64,000 nucleotides of DNA from positions 1,798,001 through 1,862,000 of the forward strand of contig CM120640.1 of assembly GCA_051362555.1 (NCBI GenBank), in the 5' to 3' direction. The first letter of the stretch is position 1; every line of letters begins with the position of its first letter. The stretch comes from Lingula anatina. Taxonomy: Eukaryota; Animalia; Brachiopoda. A program made the position numbers and the translations under genes. Below are positions 25,695-37,600 of this stretch, piece after piece. Below the pieces are notes generated by a model that was not told where the DNA came from, made no database searches, and was given only the letters and a program-made list of their open reading frames with translations.

Positions 25695-28600
25695 CATACC
25701 TGGACAATGACATTTACACTCAGGTTTCATGTCACAGGACTGCTGACACTGTCCACACTACATTCCTGGACACTGACATTTACACTCAGGTTTCATGTCA
25801 CAGGACTGCTGACACTGTCCACACTACATACCTGGACACTGACATTTACACTCAGGTTTCATGTCACAGGACTGCTGACACTGCCCACACTACATACCTG
25901 GACACTGACATTTACACTCAGGTTTCATGTCACAGGACTGCTGACACTGTCCACACTACATAGCTGGACACTGACATTTACACTCAGGTTTCATGTCACA
26001 GGACTGCTGACACTGTCCACAATACATACCTGGACACTGACATTTACACTCAGGTTTCATGTCACAGGACTGCTGACACTGTCCTGGAAGATTGCGGGTC
26101 CTGGTCTCCAGAATACAGGTCTCCTTGCCATGCTCCTAGGGGAAACGGGAAACAAATCCTAAAATACTTCTGTTTAAAATCATACAAGATATACGTAATA
26201 ATAAATACAATGGAGTTTGACTTTGTCTGAAAGTTACCTGCTTTTAAATTAATGCTATAGATTGACAACAACAGCTATATCGTGTATACGTGTATTTATC
26301 TCTTCATGGGTTGCCAGATTATTTAATTTTAATAAGATAAAACTTGTATATGTATCAGCATGCATCAACTCTTGTTTTACATAAAGCCTTACTAAACACT
26401 GTGCTGTACTGTTAGTATGTACAAAAAGAATTTCCTTTAAAAAATTCAATCACCTCCACCTTATCTTGTTTTACTTACAGCTTTGCAGACAATCCTGCTC
26501 TCGGTCTCCTTACTATTGGGCTGACCAGGAGGGCCACACTTCTGTTGACCCGTACTCTCCTTTCTGGCGGGGTTTTGATTGTTTTGGTGATATTTTTGAT
26601 AACATTTGACAGTTCTGAGCATATTGAGGAAGTTCTGGTTGTTAGGATCTGCCTTCAGAGCTTCTTCGTAGTGGTAGATAGCACCAGAGATATTCTGTTT
26701 GGCTGCCAATATGTTCCCCAGAAAGTGGTGGGTAAGGGGCTGTAAATGTGAAGAAAGAAAAGTTGACACATGACACCTTAGTATACACCATCATAACTTA
26801 AAATGTGCTGCAAAATTGAATACTGTTCATACTTGATGACAAAACATAAGCCTTCAAAGATTTAATCTGCATGCCAATTCATCATTTTAATAACCATGTC
26901 TTCAACAAATCTACAATAATTGAATCATATCGACTGAAATTTTCTGAAAAGTTCACTACATGATGTAGCATCCCCACCATATTCAAGGCATCAATCTGTC
27001 TCTTCTACTTTAATTTTCTGTCTCTTCTACTTCAATTTTACCCCTTTCAAATAACCATTCCTCACCTCAAAGTCATTGACAGCCAAGGCTTCCTTCATCA
27101 GTCTTACAGCATCATCTGTCCTGCCCCATTTGTAGAGGATATTAGCCAGGTTGACTAGAGGAACATCTTTATATTCATCTGGGACAAAGTAGAGAGCTCT
27201 TCTCAGACACTCTATGCCATGGTAGTTGTTGCCTATAATACGCCAGTAGAGTCCAGCTAGATTGTATAGTATCCAACTTGGTCCAATGTTCTGAAATAGG
27301 AAGTATGTTACAATGAGTTGGCTGCAAAAATTGACATCTCTCTAAAATTTCTACGAATAAGTTCTAGTGCCATAAGATAATTTTATCACATAAAATTACA
27401 GATCTTGGTATAGCAAACCTGTATGTATTTTTTAATGGAATAAAACTAGTGCAATAAATAATTTTAACTTGAAGCATAAAATATCAGTGACCCACTTTTT
27501 TAAGAGCTGTAAGGATCCTCTGACCCACTTCTTCCTCTGTCACATCCCCACCATTGACATGGCCCAGTAAGATCTGAAAGACAGAAAAATATATATTCAT
27601 GATTTTAGGTAAAATTTCTTTCCATAAGATTTGTTGTCCTTTTACTTTAAATTAAAAGTGATTGTTTAACTTGGCCTCGTAAATTTTTAAAGTTAATTAT
27701 ACCCTCAGACAAGAGCACCCCACTTACCGGCTTGACCAGGGGGTCATAAAGTTTTAGAGGCACTTTGGTTCTCTCCTTGACTGCATCTATGTGATCATAT
27801 GCCTTCTTGCCCTCCTCTATGTCCACCAGGGTGGCACAGACAGGGGGGTACCAGGGGAGGGGGTGCTCAGCACCTTCCTCTAGATCCTGCGCCTCATTCA
27901 GGAGGGCTTTCACTCTGAGGGGGAGAACGCACTTAATAAAACTTTCATGTGAGATTTTCTGCATAAAGTAAGTTAAGTATTCATTTGGTAAAACTTCTAT
28001 GTGAGATTTTATTGCACGAAGTAAGTAAACAACAAAATTTGCCAAACTCAAAAAATATTTCTACCTTCCATCTTCATTTATAAGCAATCCATAATATTAT
28101 CCTGGATATAGACCATTGCACATATTTCAATTTACCTGCAAAAAGATTCACTTTCTAACAAGTATCTTTCTGATACTCACACAAAACCCTTGTTTTCTGG
28201 TGGTAAATACACTGTTGGGAAGGCATTCCAACTTGGAAATTTGTAATGATCACACTCATTTTTTGGAGGCCAATCTTTGTTTTTGAAAGGGAGATCATTC
28301 TGAAATGAATAAATTGTAAAAAATTATCAGGGTGTTAATTTTGTGACTGGTCAATTAGGCCACACTTTTTTATTTTTATGGATGACATCCTCTGGGGACC
28401 CCAAAGTCGGTGCGAGCGGGCGAAAAAAAAAAAAAAACAGTCCAAAAAAAAAAAAAAAAAAATGCTTAAGAAAAGTTATGTTTTCAGTACACAGCTGGAA
28501 ACACTAATTTACCACAGAAACACGTATCAAACTAACAACATGTCTTTATCCATGCTCTCAAAATATTAAAGCATTGTGAATAGGGCCTACTTCGTAGAAA

Positions 28601-31600
28601 GGTAAAAAGTCATGAATATATATGCTGCATATTACCAAATCTATTTAAGGTTATTTCATGCATTCTGTTGGTATAGAAACCAATAAAACAAATATCAAAT
28701 AAATAGCGTGTCTTTATTTGTACTCTCAGAAAATTAAAGCATTGTAAACACTTCACAGAATTGTTAAAAAAATTAAGCAAAGATAGGCCTATGCTTCCTA
28801 CTACTAAGGTAATTTCGGTCGATGCCATTTTGTCTACTTCGACTCACACGCTAGCAGCCAACTATCGGGTGGCCTGTCCGACCTTCAGTCCACCAAATAC
28901 CGCGACGCTCTTGTCGACCCTTTTTTCGCTCCAAAAAGAAACTGGTATGTGCTGCTTTGGACAGAATGTCACTGAAATTTTCCGGGCGATGATTGCTGGC
29001 CGCGGCCAGCCTTTCGTAAAATTGTAAAAGGGTGATATCTCCATGTCCAATATCAATGGCAAACCAATCCAAAACAACGGCCCCCGTTCTCTTTATGACT
29101 TTAATTGTCGTGTATTTTGAAATTAATGCTAGAGATGAAGTTGACGGCAAAACGGCCATATTTCCATGTGGTGATAATACGCATGCGCAGAAAGCTCATT
29201 TTCCACACTCGGAACTACTCGGATGTCTCCGCAGTCGACAATGACAGTATGGAGCTTGCGGAATTAGCAGAGAATTGCCGATTGCATTTTCCGGCAAATT
29301 CAATAACGATGTTTGCGACAACCGACTCCCTTTGGGGGGGGGGGGGGGGGGGGGGCGGTTTGGGGGGGGGGATTTTTTTTTTTTTTTTGGAGAACGGACG
29401 AAAATCGGTGCGCGCGCAGGATGTCATCCATAAAATTAAAAAAGTGTGGCCTTACAACCTAAAAAACATTAATTCTGGTATTATTCTCTCCACCCCCCCC
29501 ACCCCAAAAAAAAAAAGAATACACTGTAATAATTTAAAGAAAGAACAAGTTATGGATCCTGATATCTAAACTTACATATGATTTTGCTTTCTTAGTATAC
29601 AGTGGTGGTTTTAAAGGCTGGCTATAATCTATACTTGTGGTATTCTTCAACTTCTCCTGAAAGTTAAGCAACAGGATACAACAGGCTGTAAAACAATAGG
29701 TTATACACAAGGAAAATACTTAACAATGGTTATTTGTCTAGAGCAACTCTTTATAGCGTACTTACAAAATCAATTTCTTATCTATGTAAATAGACACGAT
29801 TTTGGGTTGTGGGAATAAAGTAGAAAGAAATTCCTCGTTGACCATATGTCTGGAGTCTTGGGACTACAAAAAGTGGATGTGGATAACTGCCTAGAAAACT
29901 TTCAGACTTCCTATTTACATGAGAAATAAATCAGGTGTGTATAAATATTTTATAACAGTCCTTTATTACACTTCACTATGCATCTACTTCATCAATTTCT
30001 ATAATACCTTGGTTTCTTTTTCTTTCTTGGTTTCAGAATCAATGACCCCCTCCAAGTCTGGGCTAAGTGGCTGTCTTCTTCCCCACTTGCACTTTAAAAC
30101 TTCCTTCCCCTCCTTCTCCACTGTGTGACAATATTCTCCTGTGTCAGAAAATAAATAAATAAATAAATAAATAAATAAATAGTTATTTGAATACATTGCC
30201 TCACAAAATTTGTTTGTCATCAAAACGTAAAGCATCACAAAACCAACCAAAAGTACTGTTTGACAAATATTTGCGAACCAAATGATCTCTTAATTTCATG
30301 AAGCAAATAAATAATAGTAATCATTGTTTACTTAGCTCTACATGGTACATTCCTGGTAAATTCTTGCATTAAGCAGCACTCTTCACAACATTATATCTTG
30401 GAGATTAGATTCCAAGAATAGCGAAAAGATGAATATATTGAAATAAATCTCCATAAATAAAACATAACTTTTTCCTTTGCTATGTAATTTCTTCAAAATT
30501 AGGGTAAGTCTTTCGAGTTAACCAACTTGATCAATTTTGCCTGGCCTTATTAGGACTTTACTTTTATAAAGTCATAATTGCATTCCTATAAGTACAGTAC
30601 TCTCCATAAGTTTGTATTCCTCATAGCCCTACCTATAGTACAGTACTCTCCATAAGTTTGTATTCCTCATAGCCCTACCTATAGTACAGTACTCTCTATA
30701 AGTTTGTATTCCTCATAGCCCTACCTATAGTACAGTACTCTCCATAAGTTTGTATTCCTCATAGCCCTACCTATAAGTACAGTGCTCTCCATAAGTTTGT
30801 ACTCCTCATAGCCCTACCTATAAGTACAGTACTCTCCATAAGTTTGTACTCCTCATAGCCCAGCCTCTGTTCTCTCTTCCTCTCATCTGGAGCCTGCTCA
30901 GTAACAAATCTGTCATTCTGGATCTGCCAGTACTCGTGCTTCTTCTGGTAATCCTTCAGCTCTGTTAATGTCCTCTGGAGTGACCTGAGAAATATAACAT
31001 TCATATTGACTTCACTGGTTATATTAGGCATGTCATATATAGCAAGTGTCTTTATATATATATATATATACCCTTTTACAGTTAGTTTTGACATGTTAAC
31101 AACTTTACCTGTGTTGTGCCTCCAGTGCCCCCTCCAGTTTAGCTATGTGTAACTTACCTGTGTTGTGCCTCCAGTGCCCCCTCCAGTTTAGCTATGTGTA
31201 ACTTACCTGTGTTGTGCCTCCAGTGCCCCCTCCAGTTTAGCTATGTGTAACTTACCTGTGTTGTGACTCCAGTGCCCCCTCCAGTTTAGCTATGTGTAAC
31301 TTACCTGTGTTGTGACTCCAGTGCCCCTCCAGTTTAGCTATGTGTAACTTACCTATGTTGTGCCTCCAGTGCCCCCTCCAGTTTAGCATGACACAGTACT
31401 GCATGTCTCCTCTGGGCGGCTGCCTCAAAGTCAGGCTGGATCTTTAGAGTATTTTCAAAACAAATCACAGACTTGTTATATTCTGCCAAGACCTAAAAGG
31501 TGGAAAAATTCACAACAATTAAGTCTTGTCAATTGTGTTTCACCTGATTTGAAAACACAAGTTGTGCTACAGGTGCAATATACTTTACATTGGTTACAAA

Positions 31601-34600
31601 AGAATGACTTGTTTTCAAACTTAAAAGTAGGCATGGCTTGTCTTGTTGTATTTATCTCTAGTAGATAGAGTTACAATTTAAGCTTTATTTCACTCCTTAA
31701 GCCAGTGACCTCTGACATGATATATAATTAATTTTTTTCAACCCTTACAAGTTCACAAGATGACAGTTGTCAATAAATCATGTAATCCATTATCTCCACA
31801 CACTTACTGCATATATGTTTCCTAAAGTAAAGTGATTCACGTTGAGTTCTTTAGATATATCTAATGCTGCATGGACCACAATGGCTGCCTCATTGGAGTA
31901 GCGCGCTCTGTGCAGAATGTTAGCCAGACTTATTAATGCTACATCTTTCTGAAGCCTGAAAGGTATGTCATTCAGAATTGAAATATCACCAACAATGTAG
32001 TTTTTTTTTTTTTTTTTTACAAAACTGTCATTTTTATAATTAAATTAAGTAAAACCGAGCATTCCCAAAACTGGTGGTGTTGAGATATGTATTTAACATA
32101 CTCATTAAATTTCATCAAAAGATAAGGACTGTTATTTCTGTTATAGTTTTAAATTGGACTTTGTGTATTGTTATTTTGATTCATAGTTCTAATATAGTTT
32201 TTATATTTTAAAAATCTTTTTAATAATGTTTTATTTGTTTATTTTTTCATAACATCATGGCCATGGGTAAGGTAAATTTTGTATTTACCATGATTTTACC
32301 CCAATAAATAAATAAATAAATAAATAAACTTTTTTTACCTGGGAGAAAAATGGAGAGCCCTTCTTAAGCACTCCACGACTTGGTATGTGTCTCCTTTTAT
32401 CCTCCAGTAGAAAGCTGCCATGTTGTAAAGAACCCATGATGTGGTATTCTGAAAAAAAAATTAAATAAAATTATTATACAAATACTTATGTGCTACTCAT
32501 ACAGCTTCTTGAAATCATACAATTGCAGCATGTCCAAGCAAGGGACTACAAAAGATTTAATTCTGCAGAAAAAAAAAGAAATATCAAATAACAATGAACT
32601 GATGCTCATTTTGGCTTGTATTTGACAATCTATACCTATTTGTCTTGGAGAAAATAAGATTCTAATCAACTTGTGTGTATGTGTGTGTGTGTGTATTCAC
32701 AGTTGATAAGACAAAGACAGGATAGAAAGATTCTAGTCAAGACCAATAATCATCTCAGACAGATTAAACAGTGCCTCATTAGTTCAAGCAAGTCTTTACC
32801 CACCATCAAATTATCAGTTCCAAGCCGAGAAGTTAACTGTAGTAATTACATGGATTGACCGCCCTCGTATACCGTCATATGTCAATTGTGTTCTCTACTT
32901 TAATAAGAGTCCATTATGATGATAACATCTACTACTAAATTCACATAGTGGATAAATACTTACCTTCTTCAAGGCTTGCTGTATGAGGTGGCCGTAGTCA
33001 TCCACGTTATCTCTGTGGGTGATGGCGTTCTTCAAGCCCAGCTCAGGGCTGCCACTTAGATTTGTCCTTTCCTTCATACCCTGGAACACAATGGAATGAA
33101 TGAATGAATGAATGAAATATCAAATAAATTAATAAATAAAATAACAAAAGATAATTCAAGTATTAGACTTACTGTTCATTCTTTAAGCACTGTACACTTA
33201 TTCACATTTAACCACAGGAGGTCATTGTTTAAGTGAAATCTTGATCCAAATTTTAAAACTGCTAAAAATATCACAAATATTGCTCTATCCTCTTAGTGAA
33301 TAAAGTTAAAGAAATTATTTCTGTTATGGCAACATTTATATCTTTTAAAATATCTTTCCAGTACAAGATTTTTTCCGAGATGCCCATTTTAGGCTTCGTT
33401 CACATGCAATGTCTATTTTCTAAATTCTATTTTCTATTTGCGGCATGTCTTATGATCACGGTCTGTGCACTGAATATCCCTCCGCGTAATTACTGGCAGC
33501 GCGAGCCAGTTACTATAAGTTACTATAAGTAACTGGCTCGCGCTGCCAGTAATTACACGGCGGGATATTCAGTGCACAGACCGTGATCATAAGATAGCGC
33601 GAATAGAAAACAGAATTTAGAAAATAGACATTGCATGTGAACGAAGCCTTACAAAGGGTATCCTTTGTTGAAATATTTTACCTCTAAATGTTCAAAAGCA
33701 TGGATGCTATACTCCAGTCTTAGTGAAATACTCTTACCTCTAAATGTTCAAAAGCGTGGATGCTATACTCTAGGGTAACCCAGCTCACACAGTCAGGGGG
33801 TACAGGTGCTGTGGTGGGCGGAGCCTTGAAATCTATATGTTCTTCTGGCCTGGAGGAAAAACACAGGAAATGAGCTCAATGTAATTGGAAATAAAAATGA
33901 TCCATAACTATTTCTTAAAATGAGAAAAAACTTTCACTTTAACCTTGATAAAACAAAGAAGTAGTTTTCTAAAACTGTTGAGTTGGCTTTGGCCTCTTTC
34001 TCTCTTTATCTCTCTCTCTCTTCAAGCTTGCATGTTAGGGTATGAAAATGAATGTTTACTGAGAATAACTGAGCTTTAAAGTCAATAAAGTAATGGTTTG
34101 TTAGACATGAAAAAAGACAATGAAGATTCTAGGAAAATTCCAGTCTATTCTTTTTCTTATTTCTGCCAAATTTTTGTATATTGTATTTGTTTGAATATAA
34201 GAATGTTAATTTTTTGTACCTTCTTCAAGTATTTTGGAAAATTTAATGCAGTTGTAACTCAGCAACATAATCAATATTCAGTTTTGTAATACACAAGAAA
34301 ATTTGAGCCTTGGAATATGTAACTGAAGCCACAACATTTAGAATCAAATACACTTGTTAGGTATCACATGCAAAGAACAGACTACTTAATTGTAGATTAG
34401 TGTGCAAATAAAAGCATTACTTCTACTCTGTGGTTCAAGGAAACTAGAATCACTCACTGGTACTGTGACAGTTGTTTGACATCTTATATCAAAAACAGAG
34501 AACCTAACTGTAGATTTGTGGTCAGACAATAGGATGATTACTTTTTCCTGAGAAATTATCTTACAGCATAATTACTTTTTTTTTCTATTGTAAATATAAA

Positions 34601-37600
34601 CCAAGAAGACAATGGGTGCATTCAGAACAGATGATCCAAGGACTAAGTATGGCCGACCCCACTAAAAAGTGATGCTGCTAATTTCCTGTTGCTCTCCTCG
34701 CCTACACACATGCCATTATATGGAGTAAACCTCAGCTCCGAGGTTTAATTGCTAGACCCCTGCTGTAATTGCGCATGTGGATGCAGGGAAACCATCAGGT
34801 AATAAGTTGGTTCTGCTTTTAAGTGAGTTAGCCATATTTAGTCCATGGATCAACTTGCCCTCAACAACACACATACAGGGGCGGATCCAGAGCTATTTTC
34901 TGAAATTCTTCCAAATTATCTTTCTTGATCCATCTTCCATTTTTCAGTCTTCCAACATAAAAATTAGATACCCGTCAATGTAAACTTGAAAATCTGACTG
35001 TCTTCCAGAAGACCCTGAAGACGGCCTTAATCTGCCACTGCCCATACCTACCTAATCCCTTTATTCTCCAGAGGCAAAACGGTGCTGATATACAAGTCAT
35101 AATCAGGAAGAGGCTTCCCTGCAGCTATGCAGTCTGGATCAGACTTGTAAAATTTTTGTTCTAAACCTTTGAAGAGAAAATCATGAAGTATCTCAACAAA
35201 CATATAAACATTTTTAACTGCCCCTCAAATTACAAATTGTTTACTAGTATTCAAACAAACAAACAAAGATTGAAAAAATCCTCTTTTCTTACATTTTCTT
35301 TAATCTATATCTCAATTTTGCCTTTAAAAGTTTTAAAAGTTATAATTTTCTAGGAAGACCAAATTTTCTCAATTTAGTTTTCTACTTTTTATTACGTGTA
35401 AGAAAACACCATGCTGCAACTTTTAAATGCAAACACAGCTTTTTGTGCCAAACAAATGCAGCAGCAGAATCAAATGAAAAACCAATGATAAAGACAGTAG
35501 ATAAAATACACATTCAAGCCACAATTAAGCTTTTTGGTACTAAAAATAATATTACCAAGTGCAACAAATAAATAAACGAATAAAATAATAATTCAAAATG
35601 TGTACAGTAATACTAAATAGTGAAATAAAAAGTAAATGAAGCAGAATACCTACTGAATGGATTGACAAGCACATGCAAAAATCACACTTACTACCTGTAT
35701 CTTTGTCTTCATTTTTATCAATTTCATCTTTTCTAGATAAAAGTTCATTTTTTAGGCCATCTAACATAACTGCACGTTCTTCCTGCTTCAAGAGGGCCAT
35801 CAGGTCGTACGGTCTCCGCATGTTAAATACTGAATCAGCCTGAAAACAAGGAGAAGTATTCCATTAAACTGTTTTTATGTCAGGTGATCTGTTAGGTGAT
35901 CCAACTCTGTGACCATTAGAAGTCTTCGATAAGTGAATGTCATCACCTGTATAACTCTGATTGATATACAACACAACTACATAGATGTTAGAATGGGCAA
36001 AATGAACTCATCTCAAAAGCACTTATCTTCTTGTCATCATTTATTCTCTTTGGTATTTGCAAGCTAATAAATTAGATATCACCAATTTTTATATGTTTAC
36101 TGAAGGACAAATTATGCTTCATGTCTAAATTGAAAAACCTCTAATAAAATTTGAGTGTTATATGCATATAATAGAGAATTCAGTGCATAATGCAATTTTT
36201 CACATTTCGTACATTTGAAAATGCCCCAATTAGTTTTTGAAATAATATTTTGATTTACAGACCAACTCAACATTTCATGCATGGTAAGGCATTATAAGAT
36301 GCCATTCTAAACTAGAGGACCAGAACTATTCTGCCTACTGGGTATGTACCACCAGCAGGATGAGAATTCTAAATGACAAATTTTCAAATATGGCCAGGCA
36401 TATGAAAATTTTAGTGATAACATCTAGACATGATCTCGGGTTGTATGGAAATAGTAAGGCATGGTTCAGTGGTTATGGCCAGGGGGCTGGGGCTGCTTGT
36501 AAGTTGGAAAACTGCCCAGAAAAAAATTGGATTTTTAACTGAAATTTAAATCATGCAAAAAAAAAAAAAAAATCATGTCTGAGAATTAGGAACATGACAA
36601 TGAGTAATCAATAACATCTCACTTTCAAATAAACTGTACCTTTTTCTATCCCTTTCTTCTTTTTCAGAGATAAAAAAGGAGCTAACACCTTTATTGTCTA
36701 GCCAAGTTGTAGACAGTATCAGAATACAAATCTGTCGTGTATATGACCCACAGTGACAGGTACCCCTGATGAGCTTTTGAGAACAACAGATGTAGTAAGT
36801 GGTAAGTTATCATTCTACTCCTTATCTTGATAAAGATGAATTTAAAAAAATCATTTTTAACCTTATCAAATCTCTCAAAATATGGCAGATTAACTGAACA
36901 TAAAAGAAATATTTATTTTACCTCACCATGGACTCAAACCATTTTTATACACCTAGCAAACAATTATGTTCAGCACTTTTTTTATCACTTTATGTAGGTA
37001 ATAACAACATACTGATGGTTGTTTATCATATATCATCACTGTCACGATGATATATGATAACCACTTAATCTAAAATGATATATGTCTGACAGAGTCCTAA
37101 ATAATTTAAGTTTTATTTTACAGGGTTAGCACTTGAACACTGAGGCAAATGTTGGCAGCCACTTTTATAACACTGGTAAAATAGCATACGGCTTCTGCAG
37201 TTCACTTGAGAGATAAATGCTTCCATGAAAGTTTGGGGGGGGGGTCCTCAACTTGCAGTATGGTCTACAGAAATATTAACATCCTGAAATATTCCTGAAC
37301 CAATTAAAGCTAGGGAAACCCCTACAATGAATGAATTTTCACAACAACTGAAAAAGACTGGAGACAGAGAGATCTATACATTATGCAAGGTCCAGTCAGA
37401 TTAAATTTTGCCTGTCTCTCAATCCCACTTCTAATACAACATTAATTTTTTATTGATTTTCAGACAATGACACATGTAAAGTATGTGCTTTACAAACAAC
37501 CATCAAAGAGATACTGTATTCAGCTTCTCATCAATATTGCAAAGCTTTTATAATAGTGCCTCATCCACCATTCCCCAATATAACAGACAATGCTAGCTAC

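Noticed and set aside
25578-26162. 194-aa plus-strand ORF with a 22-aa repeat
   Set aside because: It is the antisense reading of a CA microsatellite plus the 66-bp array, and is open only because 66 is a multiple of 3.
28610-29569. Cluster of overlapping ORFs inside the 1.1-kb element as a transposase
   Set aside because: They are short, lack DDE or Myb/SANT motifs, and include a poly-G-derived Gly run. Higher GC content explains the open frames.
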